Notes: generated from the letters alone by a model not told the origin. A stretch of DNA of 64,000 bases from Sphingobacteriaceae bacterium (GCA_019751895.1 JAIEMU010000140.1:1819-65818), one strand, 5' to 3'. Shown: positions 29,622 to 38,252, counted from the stretch's first letter. Program-made: numbers and translations.

Positions 29622-30545
29622 ATGAAAAAATATTCAAAAATTATAGCTTTAATGCTAATGTCATTTGTTAGTGTTATAAGTTCTTGTATTAAGCAGGATG
29701 CTATATATAAAGATGGGGGTAACAATGGTATGATACAAATAGATTTACCAACTCATAATATTGCGGCACCTCGTTTATACCCTGTTAAACCAACATCTTT
29801 AATGGTGGAAAAAAGTGTCGATTTTCCTATTACAGTTGAGTATATGGGCACAGAGCCTGCACCTCAAGATGTAACGATAGAGCTTATTTTAAATAATGCC
29901 GCTATTGACGCTTATAATGCCTACATGGATGAAAAAAAGTACACAGGGGATAAGTATGAGGCTTTACCTGCAAATATGTACACTTTACCTACATCATTAA
30001 GCGTTGTGATACCAAAAGGACAAAGAAAAGTAGTGGTGCCAATTACTTGTAACACTACTTTGTTTGACGATACCAAAAAATATGCTTTGGCATTCACAAT
30101 TAAGTCGGTAAGCGCAGGAACAATAAGCGCCAATTATAGTACAGGTTTATACGCCATCACGCGTAATAAATTTGATGGTATTTATACATTGGAAGTAGGA
30201 AGTACGATGGCTAGTTCTAATACTGCAGTAGCAACGGGTTCAATAGCAGGTGTCGCGGATATTAGTTTAATATCTGAGACAGGAGACAGACTTTTATTTG
30301 TGCCTATTTGGGCAGATGGAACAAAGGTTGTTGATTTGGGTAATACAACAATTACAGGCACAGCGGTTTCTGCAGCAGGAAATACAACGCTAAAAAACAC
30401 AGGAACAAATAAGTATGATGCGGCTACTAAAACTTATACGTTAAATTTCCAGTGGCTTTCAAAATCTACATCAGATCCAACAGGAACAACAACTTTTACA
30501 AATACTGCGGTTATGATTTTGAAGTATAAAGGTTCAAGATTTTAA
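29622..30545 (+). CDS. DUF1735-like surface lipoprotein
   Basis: Lipobox ISSC; IDAYN...YEALP..MYTL..V.IPKG...YALAFTI pattern, downstream of susD. Confidence 0.7.
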   Translation: MKKYSKIIALMLMSFVSVISSCIKQDAIYKDGGNNGMIQIDLPTHNIAAPRLYPVKPTSLMVEKSVDFPITVEYMGTEPAPQDVTIELILNNAAIDAYNAYMDEKKYTGDKYEALPANMYTLPTSLSVVIPKGQRKVVVPITCNTTLFDDTKKYALAFTIKSVSAGTISANYSTGLYAITRNKFDGIYTLEVGSTMASSNTAVATGSIAGVADISLISETGDRLLFVPIWADGTKVVDLGNTTITGTAVSAAGNTTLKNTGTNKYDAATKTYTLNFQWLSKSTSDPTGTTTFTNTAVMILKYKGSRF

Positions 30546-30567
30546 GTAAAGTATTTTAATTTTCTCA

Positions 30568-30610
30568 ACCCTCTCACTCAAATTCTATTCGAGTGAGGGG
30601 GTTTATTTTT
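30568..30610 (+). terminator. Terminator of the susCD operon
   Basis: AACCCTCTCACTC-loop-GAGTGAGGGGGTT followed by a T-rich tract. Confidence 0.75.
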
Positions 30611-30696
30611 TAACACATTTTACCCTGAGCGCAGCGAAAGACCTAAGAGGATAAAGGGCAATAATTTTATAGATGTAAAAAAGTGAAGTGTTAATT

Positions 30697-30906
30697 TTTC
30701 GGTCAAAGGCCATGAAAATTAGATGAGCACATTTGCAAAATGCGCTAGTGAGTAAGGGTTTGCAAAACCTACGATTTGGGTTCGACATGACAAATATCGA
30801 ACAGCGGGAGTAAAATTCATGCAGATTTTAATTGGCACTCTATTACATTGCCAACAACCCAATGAATTAGCAGGAAGATAAATTTTATGACAAAGGAAGT
30901 GGCTGA
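30697..30906 (+). repeat. Repeat copy A: 111-bp palindromic core (30697-30807) plus 99-bp right arm (RAYT-like remnant)
   Basis: Direct alignment with copies B and C. Confidence 0.92.
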
Positions 30907-31212
30907 TTAAAGTTGTAAAGTTAATTTTAGGTGTCCTCCTAAGCCAGTTTGGATAATTTTCATCAAGGTCGAAAGTCGAATGTCGCTTGCATTATTTTCA
31001 ATTCGAGAAATATACGATTTGTTTGTTCCGCACTTTTCGGCAAGTTCTTCTTGTGTCATACCAAGTTTATGTCTTGCTTCTTCAAGTAAAACGCCAAGTT
31101 GGAAACTTTCAAATTCTTGCTCCCATTGCTCTCTTTTTTTTGCTCCTCTTTTTCCGTATTTGTTGTCAAGAATTTCGTCAAGCGTTGTGATGTTACTTTC
31201 TTTCGTTTTCAT
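30907..31212 (-). CDS. Xre-HTH antitoxin (HigA-like)
   Basis: LGMTQEELAEKCGTNKSYISRIENNASDIRLSTL; directly downstream of a RelE/Gp49-like gene. Confidence 0.88.
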   Translation of the reverse strand: MKTKESNITTLDEILDNKYGKRGAKKREQWEQEFESFQLGVLLEEARHKLGMTQEELAEKCGTNKSYISRIENNASDIRLSTLMKIIQTGLGGHLKLTLQL

Positions 31213-31534
31213 ATTCTACCTTTATTTTTAAAGCTTTTTCAATTTCAGTTTTTGGTGTTTTTTGAGATTTTTTTTGAAAACCATTTCCTAAAACGACTAG
31301 ATTCCCTTTGTCGAAAAAAGCAAAAATTCTAAAAATGTTTCCACCTAATTCTACCCGAACTTCGAAAAGTCCGTCTGTCCCAGTTATATGGTCAAAATAT
31401 TTTTTAGGAACTCTGTCAATTGTCCGTAACAGATTTAAAGTTCATTCGATTTTTCGTTGAACCTCGTCTGTTTGGTCTTGGTAGAAGTTTAAAAAATATT
31501 TCTTATATGCAACAACTTGTCTTACGGCTTTCAC
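31193..31534 (-). pseudogene. RelE/HigB (Gp49-like) toxin with a nonsense codon
   Basis: Manual translation from GTG 31534: MKAVRQVVAYKKYFLNFYQDQTDEVQRKIE*TLNLLRTIDRVPKKYFDHITGTDGLFEVRVELGGNIFRIFAFFDKGNLVVLGNGFQKKSQKTPKTEIEKALKIKVEYENERK*; single TGA at 31442-31444. Confidence 0.88.
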
Positions 31535-31616
31535 TTTACAAAGTTAACTATTCAGACAACAATGTGCAAACTTTTAAGAGTTGTTTGTTGAGCAATATTG
31601 TTTTAGAGTGGTTGTC

Positions 31617-31775
31617 TTGAAGTAAATCAAACAGTCTGTGACTACCAAGATAGAGGTATTTGTATTTCGGTCAAAGACCATGAAAATTAGATGAGCACAT
31701 TTGCAAAATGCGCTAGTGAGTAAGGGTTTGCAAAACCTACCATTTTGGTTCGATATTTGTAATGTCGAACAGCGG
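31617..31775 (+). repeat. Repeat copy B: 48-bp left arm plus 111-bp core (31665-31775)
   Basis: Direct alignment with copies A and C. Confidence 0.92.
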
Positions 31776-31819
31776 AGGGACTTCGGGATTTCAAATACCG
31801 AAGAGAGAGTGAGGAACTT

Positions 31820-32158
31820 TTACTCGTTTAATAGTACTTCAACTTCTTTTTGTAAAATAGGTAGATTTTTGATGACAATTCCCCAAATTACATCATCAGA
31901 AACGGAATCATATCCATGAATTATTCTATTGCGTACATCAACAATTTTTCTAGCGTTTGAAATTGAAATTTCACCATTTTCTTTAAGAATTCGGCTCATT
32001 GCTTCTCCAATGATTTCGATGTTTCTTTCAATTGCTCTTTTGGTTCTTAAATCATTTTGATAAATTTCAAACATTTTTGGAGTTTCAATAAAGTAACTTT
32101 CAATTTCATTTATTGAGCTTAAAATGTCATAAAGCCAAGTTTTAAGAGAATTATCCAT
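31820..32158 (-). CDS. HepT-like HEPN RNase toxin (DUF86)
   Basis: AIERNIEIIGEA and RNRIIHGY (RX4HXY) motifs. Confidence 0.9.
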   Translation of the reverse strand: MDNSLKTWLYDILSSINEIESYFIETPKMFEIYQNDLRTKRAIERNIEIIGEAMSRILKENGEISISNARKIVDVRNRIIHGYDSVSDDVIWGIVIKNLPILQKEVEVLLNE

Positions 32159-32450
32159 AAATCAATATTTTGCTTTGATTTAATGTTTTTCTAAAATATG
32201 GATTTTTGATAGCTTTTTCTTCTAATAAATCAATACTTCTTTTTAAAATATTTTCAAGGGAAAATTTTAAGTTGTAGTAGTTGTCTCCATAATCTAAAAC
32301 ATCCAAATTTTCAAAATCAACTATCAAATCAACATCGCTTTCGTTGTTGAATTTGTCGGTTAAAACAGATCCAAAAGCGTATAAAGATTTTACTTTGTGC
32401 GCTTTGCATAAATTTAAGATGTCTTTATTGTGATTTTCTAATAAGTTCAT
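32151..32450 (-). CDS. MntA-like minimal nucleotidyltransferase antitoxin
   Basis: FGSVLTDKFNNESDVDL (GSX10DXD); probable start MNLLEN at 32450. Confidence 0.9.
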   Translation of the reverse strand: MNLLENHNKDILNLCKAHKVKSLYAFGSVLTDKFNNESDVDLIVDFENLDVLDYGDNYYNLKFSLENILKRSIDLLEEKAIKNPYFRKTLNQSKILIYG

Positions 32451-32596
32451 GTAATTGTTGATTTTATTCAAAAGTACAAAAAAATAATTAGCCTTCAATT
32501 TTCACTTTTGTTTTTTGCAAAGGCTAAAAATGTTGATGTGCAGAACTAATTTGTTTTTTTACACTATCTAGCGCATTTTTCCGTAGGATAAATGTG

Positions 32597-32854
32597 TTGA
32601 AGTAAATCAAATAGTCTGTGACCGCCAAGATAGTGGTATTTGTATTTCGGTCAAAGACCATGAAAATTAGATGAGCACATTTGCAAAATGCGCTAGTGAG
32701 TAACAGTTTGCAAAACCTACGATTTTGGTTCGAGATTACAAATGCCGAACAGCGGGAGTAAAATTCATACAGATTTTAATTGGCACTCTATTACATTGCC
32801 AACAACCCAATGAATTGGCAGGAAGATAAATTTTATGTCAAGGGAAGTGATTGA
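32597..32854 (+). repeat. Repeat copy C: left arm + core (32645-32755) + right arm (complete element)
   Basis: Shares the left arm with B and the right arm with A. Confidence 0.92.
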
Positions 32855-32956
32855 CTCTCTTCAAAAATTAATGATTCTATCGATTCTAAAAATGGTTTTA
32901 ACCCAATTGTCTAAAAAATAATTTTGTACATTTGGATGAAAAATATTTTGAATAGG

Positions 32957-33163
32957 ATGAGAGTTTTATTAGACATAAAAGATAGCAAGGCCGCCCACTT
33001 AATGGAGGTGCTAAAAGGTTTATCTTACGTAAAAACCAAGACTATTTCTGAAGAAAAAGCTTTTTTGATAGAAGAAGTTAAGGAAGCGGTAGAAGAAATG
33101 AAATTGATTAAAGCAGGCAAAAAGAAAGCTCGGAACGCAGAAGATTTTTTAAATGAGTTATAG
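32957..33163 (+). CDS. Putative antitoxin
   Basis: MRVLLDIKDSKAAHLMEVLKGLSYVK...KEAVEE...GKKKARNAEDFLNEL; overlaps a RelE-like start. Confidence 0.75.
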   Translation: MRVLLDIKDSKAAHLMEVLKGLSYVKTKTISEEKAFLIEEVKEAVEEMKLIKAGKKKARNAEDFLNEL

Positions 33164-33200
33164 TGTTAAATCTATCCAAGTTTTTGAAAAGCAAGCAAAA
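33153..33200 (+). pseudogene. 5' stub of a RelE/HigB-like toxin
   Basis: MSYSVKSIQVFEKQAK resembles RelE/HigB N-termini; similarity then stops and the frame runs into the convergent gene. Confidence 0.6.
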
Positions 33201-33225
33201 AGCTTCTTAATTTACACACGTTATA

Positions 33226-33465
33226 TTATGGTGTTTTTCTTGTTCGCTTTTGTCGAAAAAAATAGGATACTCCAAATATTAAGTTTGCGACTGTGCCAAA
33301 ATAAAGGGTGTAATATTGTTCTTTAGATAAACAAGGAGGACAATTAATATCGTTAATACAAGGCTCACATTGCGGATTGTAATAGATAAACAACGCACAT
33401 AGTATTAGATTAATCGCAATTAATTTTATAAAATGATTACGAATGATTTTAGTTAGTAAAGGCAT
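33226..33465 (-). CDS. Small two-TM protein with a Cys-rich loop
   Basis: TM-PQCEPCINDINCPPCLS-TM. Confidence 0.65.
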   Translation of the reverse strand: MPLLTKIIRNHFIKLIAINLILCALFIYYNPQCEPCINDINCPPCLSKEQYYTLYFGTVANLIFGVSYFFRQKRTRKTP

Positions 33466-33491
33466 GATATTTTCTTTCTAAATCAAAACAC

Positions 33492-33692
33492 TTAACCCTC
33501 CTCAAAAATCTCAACGACTCTACCTACTTGTCCATCTTCCAATCGTACTTTTATGCCTCGACTATGAAAAGGGGCGGAGGTAAGCAATTTTTCTACAATT
33601 CCGCGGGTGCGGTTTCCGTTTCTTTGGTCTTTTTTAAGGATAATATCTACTTCTAATCCTGGGTAAATATCATTTCTATTTTGTCCGTTCAT
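33492..33692 (-). CDS. YwbE/DUF2196 family protein
   Basis: V.I.LKKDQR.G..TRG.V..LLT....H.RGIKVRLEDGQVGRV; start MNGQNR at 33692. Confidence 0.88.
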   Translation of the reverse strand: MNGQNRNDIYPGLEVDIILKKDQRNGNRTRGIVEKLLTSAPFHSRGIKVRLEDGQVGRVVEIFEEG

Positions 33693-33696
33693 TTTT

Positions 33697-35733
33697 TTAT
33701 TTTTCAAACCTTTCGGCAAACATTTTTTCTAAAGCAAACATTTCATCACGTAGGCGGGCAGCGAGTAAAAAGTCCATTTCTTTGGCTGCGGTGGTCATCT
33801 CTTTGCGGGTTTTGGCAATGGTTTTTTCCAAATCGGTTTTGCTCATAAATTGTACCACAGGGTCGGCGGCAATGCTGATTTGGTTCGTTTCTTGATACTT
33901 TTTAACATGCGCTTTGTTGTCCGAAAAATCCAAAACCGAACTTTGTTCAATAATTTCTTCTTTAGATTTGCCAACCGTTTTGGGTGTAATGTTGTGTTCG
34001 AGGTTATAGGCAATTTGTTTTTCTCTACGTCTATTGGTTTCGTCTATGGTGCGTTGCATCGACTGAGTCATGTTATCGGCATACATAATCACACGTCCTC
34101 GGTCGTTTCTAGCGGCTCTGCCAATGGTTTGTATCAAAGCCCTGTCCGAACGTAGAAAACCCTCTTTGTCGGCGTCTAAAATCGCTACTAAACTTACTTC
34201 AGGCAAATCCAATCCTTCTCTCAATAAGTTGATACCTATCAAAACATCAAATTCTCCTAAACGCAATCCTCTTAAAATTTCTACACGTTCCAAAGTTTTC
34301 ACTTCCGAGTGGATGTATCGACATTTTATATTTAACCTGTCCATGTATTTGGTTAATTCTTCCGCCATGCGCTTGGTAAGCGTGGTGACTAAAATACGGT
34401 CGCCCATTTTGATGGTTTTGTCGATTTCGTCCAACAAATCATCTACTTGGTTGATGGCAGGTTTTACCTCAATTAAGGGGTCTAACAATCCCGTAGGTCG
34501 GATCACTTGCTCAATGATGTGTCCATTTGTTTTTTGTAGTTCATAGTCGGCTGGTGTTGCACTTACATAAACCGTTTGTGGAGCAAGGGACTCGAATTCT
34601 TCAAAATTTAAAGGTCGGTTGTCTAAAGCCGAAGGCAATCGAAAACCATATTCTACCAAAGATAGTTTTCGGGAGCGGTCGCCGCCATACATGGCTCTAA
34701 TTTGAGGGACGGTAACGTGACTTTCGTCTATCACCATCAGGTAATCATCTGGAAAATAATCGAGTAAGCAGAAAGGTCTCATGCCTTGCGATCTTCCATC
34801 AAAAAAACGAGAGTAATTTTCTATACCCGAACAATAGCCCAATTCTTTCATCATTTCGATGTCGAAATTTACCCTTTCTTCCAATCTTTTGGCTTCTAGC
34901 CGATGACCATCGTTGTCGAGTTGCGTTTTTCGTATTTCCAACTCTTGTTGAATAGCCCAAATGGCATCATTAAATTTTTCTTTTGGTGTAACGAACAAAT
35001 TAGCAGGATACAAAGCCATTTCGGTAAATTTTTCGATGGTTTTGCCGGTGGCATAATCTATTTCGCTCAATTCTTCTATCTCATCGCCAAAAAACGAAAT
35101 GCGATAGGCGCAATCTAAATAAGCAGGGAAAACATCTACGGTATCTCCCTTAACCCTAAAAGTACCTCGCTTGAAATCGTCGATGGTTCGGGCGTATAAA
35201 ATTTGAACTAAAGTATGTAAAAAAGTGTTTCTTGATATTTTTTGCCCCACGGCAAAGCGAAATACAGATTTCGAAAAATCTTCGGGATTTCCCATACCAT
35301 AAATGCAAGAGATAGAAGAAACGACAATCAAATCTCTTCTGCCACTCATCAAAGAGGAGGTGGTGCGCAAACGCAATTTCTCAATCTCTTCATTGATACT
35401 TAAATCTTTTTCGATGTAGGTATTGGTACTTGCTATAAAAGCTTCGGGCTGATAATAATCGTAGTAGGAAACAAAATAATTGACCGAATTTTCAGGAAAA
35501 AACTGTTTAAACTCGCCATATAACTGAGCGGCTAAGGTTTTGTTGTGGCTTAAAATTAGCGTAGGCTTTTGGGTTTCTGCAATGAGGTTGGCAATGGTAA
35601 AAGTTTTGCCGGAACCTGTTACGCCTAACAAAGTTTGGTAATTTTCGTTGGCTTCTACTCCTTGTACCAATTGTTTGATGGCCGTTGGTTGGTCGCCGGT
35701 TGGCTTGTAATCGGATACGAGTTTAAATTTCAT
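33697..35733 (-). CDS. uvrB: Excinuclease ABC subunit B
   Basis: PTGDQP, GVTGSGKT, YYDYYQPEA, DESH and INLLREGLD motifs; start MKFKL at 35733. Confidence 0.98.
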   Translation of the reverse strand: MKFKLVSDYKPTGDQPTAIKQLVQGVEANENYQTLLGVTGSGKTFTIANLIAETQKPTLILSHNKTLAAQLYGEFKQFFPENSVNYFVSYYDYYQPEAFIASTNTYIEKDLSINEEIEKLRLRTTSSLMSGRRDLIVVSSISCIYGMGNPEDFSKSVFRFAVGQKISRNTFLHTLVQILYARTIDDFKRGTFRVKGDTVDVFPAYLDCAYRISFFGDEIEELSEIDYATGKTIEKFTEMALYPANLFVTPKEKFNDAIWAIQQELEIRKTQLDNDGHRLEAKRLEERVNFDIEMMKELGYCSGIENYSRFFDGRSQGMRPFCLLDYFPDDYLMVIDESHVTVPQIRAMYGGDRSRKLSLVEYGFRLPSALDNRPLNFEEFESLAPQTVYVSATPADYELQKTNGHIIEQVIRPTGLLDPLIEVKPAINQVDDLLDEIDKTIKMGDRILVTTLTKRMAEELTKYMDRLNIKCRYIHSEVKTLERVEILRGLRLGEFDVLIGINLLREGLDLPEVSLVAILDADKEGFLRSDRALIQTIGRAARNDRGRVIMYADNMTQSMQRTIDETNRRREKQIAYNLEHNITPKTVGKSKEEIIEQSSVLDFSDNKAHVKKYQETNQISIAADPVVQFMSKTDLEKTIAKTRKEMTTAAKEMDFLLAARLRDEMFALEKMFAERFEK

Positions 35734-35800
35734 AGTTCGCAAAGTTAAGCTACTCTTTTGATTATGCAAAGCATCGTCAAGAAATAGATTTCTGCCGCAT

Positions 35801-35848
35801 AAAAAAAGCGATGCAATCGTTATTTGACTGCATCGCTTTCTGTTTTTT
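35801..35848 (-). terminator. Terminator after the M1 peptidase
   Basis: AAAGCGATGCAGTC-loop-GATTGCATCGCTTTTTTT on the minus strand. Confidence 0.8.
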
Positions 35849-35864
35849 AAAATTCAGCTTGAAT

Positions 35865-38246
35865 TTATTTTTTCTTTTCTAATTGCATTGGGTTTGAACC
35901 AACGGATTGACCTCTTGCTGGCGCAGCAGCACTACGAGCTTTAAACAATTGTAGTTTTGAAACTTCAGCAGCTTCGGCACCCCAAACGTTGTTTTTCTCA
36001 TCAATATCTGCTGTTTCACGCATTGGGTCTAATTTTATAGAAGCCACTTCTTTGTCGTGAACATAAAATTTAGATGTTTTTTGTTCATTGAGTCTCCAAA
36101 TTTGCGCTGGGATTTTATCGGTCCAAGTGCTACCGTCTTTGAACGTAAATTGAACGATAATTGGCATCACTAAACCGCCTTTATTGCTAAAATGGACTTC
36201 ATAGAAAAACTTATTGCTGTATTTTTCCTTTTCCTCTGCGGTAAATTCTTCGGCAGGTAAAATAGCAGGCTCAGGCATTTTTTTGTTAGCCAAAGTGGTG
36301 TCTATTTGTACCAAACCACGGGTATATTTCCAATAAAAATCTCTAGCTTCTAAGTCTGTATCGGTATAAAACTTGCGATTTTCGGCTCTATTTCTAATTT
36401 TAGAAATGTCCTCAAATGCGTTTACCATTGGTTTGTCTATTCCTTTTGGTTTTCTGCTTTCAGGTTTAGAAATCGCAGCATTGAAATCTGCTTTGGCATA
36501 TTTTACGCTGTCCAATGCAATATCACATGGGTCGGTGGTATAAAACCAACCTCTCCAAAACCAATCTAAATCTTCGCCGCTGGCATCTTCCATGGTTCTG
36601 AATAAATCGGCAGGAGTAGGGTGTTTGAACGCCCAACGTCTCGAATATTCTTTAAAAGCATAGTCAAATAATTCTCTACCCATAATGGTTTCACGCAAAA
36701 TGTTTAATCCTGTTGCAGGTTTTGAATACGCGTTTGGACCAAAATTTACGATGTTTTCAGAATTTGACATGATAGGCTCCAACTGATCTTTTGGCAATTT
36801 CATGTAGTTTACAATCGTATGTGCAGGACCTTTTTTGCTTGGGAATTTGTTGTCCCAAAGTTCTTCGGTTAAATATTCAACAAAAGAGTTCAAACCTTCG
36901 TCCATCCAACTCCATTGACGCTCGTCACTATTGATAATCATCGGGAAAAAGTTGTGTCCAACTTCGTGAATGACTACGCCCAACATTCCGTTTTTAGTAG
37001 CTTCGCTGTAAGTTCCGTCTGCATCGGTACGACCATAGTTAAAGCAAATCATTGGATATTCCATTCCGTTGGCAGCTTCAACACTTTGCGCTACTGGGTA
37101 TGGATAAGGAATGGTAAAATCTGAATAGGTTTTGATGGTATGCGCAACGGCACGAGTAGAAAATTTGCGGTACAAATTGTAGGCTTCTTTTCCGTAAAAA
37201 CTCATGCACATCACTTTATTGCCTTCAATGTCTTGTGCCATGGCATCCCAAACAAACTTTGGAGAAGAACCCCAAGCAAAATCACGAACATTGTTGGCTT
37301 CAAAAATCCAAGTTTTTTTAGCTTCGGTGTTGTTTTTTTCTGCATTTTTAGCTTCTGCAAGCGTTACCACTTCAACAGGAGCATTTGCATTTTTAGCTTT
37401 TTGGTAGCGCTCCAATTGTACTGGAGTTAAAACAGAATCGTAGTTTTTACATTCTCCTGTTGAGGTAACCATGTGGTCAGCAGGAACAACCATTTTTACT
37501 TTAAAGTTTCCAAAAGTTAAAGCAAATTCACCTCTTCCTGTAAATTGATGATTTTGCCATCCTTGAAAATCGCTATACACACACAAGCGTGGATACCATT
37601 GTGTCATCGTAAAAATGTAATTTTTATCCTCAGGGAAGTATTCATATCCTCCACGACCACCACCAGCTATTCTGTCTGTGATTTTGTAATTCCAATCTAC
37701 GTTGAAAACGAATTTCTCGCCAGATTTTAGCGCAGGAATTTCAACACGCATCATGGTTTTGTTGACGGTATATTTTAATTTTTTACCATTTATATCGCTA
37801 ATGTTTACGATGTTGATGCCTTGTCCATTGTCTAAATTTTTATCCACAGATTTATCTAAAGCTGTAGTGCTTATTTTAGAGGGCATTTTGCTAGCGCTTT
37901 GGTAATTGGCGTTTTTTAAGTTGTTGTGCTCATTTTCATCCAATTGCAACCATAAATAAGTCAGCACATCGGGCGAATTGTTGAAATAGGTAATGGTTTC
38001 GCTACCTGTAAGAAGTTGCTTTTTTTCATCCAATTCACAATTGATGTTGTAATCGACTTTTTGTTGCCAATATTTTACACCTGCAGCGCCACTTGCCGTA
38101 CGTTGTTCGTTTGGCGTAGGCAAAATACCACCCAGTTGTTCAAATTTGTTTCCGTGGTTACTTCCAGGATTGTGGAGGATGTTTTGGGCGCTGGTGGTTT
38201 GGCTGTAAATGGCGAGCACCAAGGCGCATTTGAAAATTTTATTCAT
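35865..38246 (-). CDS. Exported M1 family zinc aminopeptidase
   Basis: NGMEYP, HEVGH...WMDEG (HEXXH+E); signal peptide. Confidence 0.93.
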   Translation of the reverse strand: MNKIFKCALVLAIYSQTTSAQNILHNPGSNHGNKFEQLGGILPTPNEQRTASGAAGVKYWQQKVDYNINCELDEKKQLLTGSETITYFNNSPDVLTYLWLQLDENEHNNLKNANYQSASKMPSKISTTALDKSVDKNLDNGQGINIVNISDINGKKLKYTVNKTMMRVEIPALKSGEKFVFNVDWNYKITDRIAGGGRGGYEYFPEDKNYIFTMTQWYPRLCVYSDFQGWQNHQFTGRGEFALTFGNFKVKMVVPADHMVTSTGECKNYDSVLTPVQLERYQKAKNANAPVEVVTLAEAKNAEKNNTEAKKTWIFEANNVRDFAWGSSPKFVWDAMAQDIEGNKVMCMSFYGKEAYNLYRKFSTRAVAHTIKTYSDFTIPYPYPVAQSVEAANGMEYPMICFNYGRTDADGTYSEATKNGMLGVVIHEVGHNFFPMIINSDERQWSWMDEGLNSFVEYLTEELWDNKFPSKKGPAHTIVNYMKLPKDQLEPIMSNSENIVNFGPNAYSKPATGLNILRETIMGRELFDYAFKEYSRRWAFKHPTPADLFRTMEDASGEDLDWFWRGWFYTTDPCDIALDSVKYAKADFNAAISKPESRKPKGIDKPMVNAFEDISKIRNRAENRKFYTDTDLEARDFYWKYTRGLVQIDTTLANKKMPEPAILPAEEFTAEEKEKYSNKFFYEVHFSNKGGLVMPIIVQFTFKDGSTWTDKIPAQIWRLNEQKTSKFYVHDKEVASIKLDPMRETADIDEKNNVWGAEAAEVSKLQLFKARSAAAPARGQSVGSNPMQLEKKK

Positions 38247-38252
38247 ATTTTT

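Noticed and set aside
30603-30788. Short ORFs over the repeat cores (also 31701-31919)
   Set aside because: Their starts and extents are not preserved across the three copies; they are by-products of the repeat.
31442-31444. Alternative genetic code (TGA=Trp) or selenocysteine
   Set aside because: TGA is an ordinary stop elsewhere (hipB at 18638, adhesin at 54201-54203), Trp is TGG throughout, and no SECIS-like context is apparent.
30697-32854. CRISPR array or classical integron
   Set aside because: The repeats are 111-258 bp with ~0.7-kb gene-bearing intervals. There are no cas or intI genes in the window, and I could not find convincing RYYYAAC...GTTRRRY attC ends.
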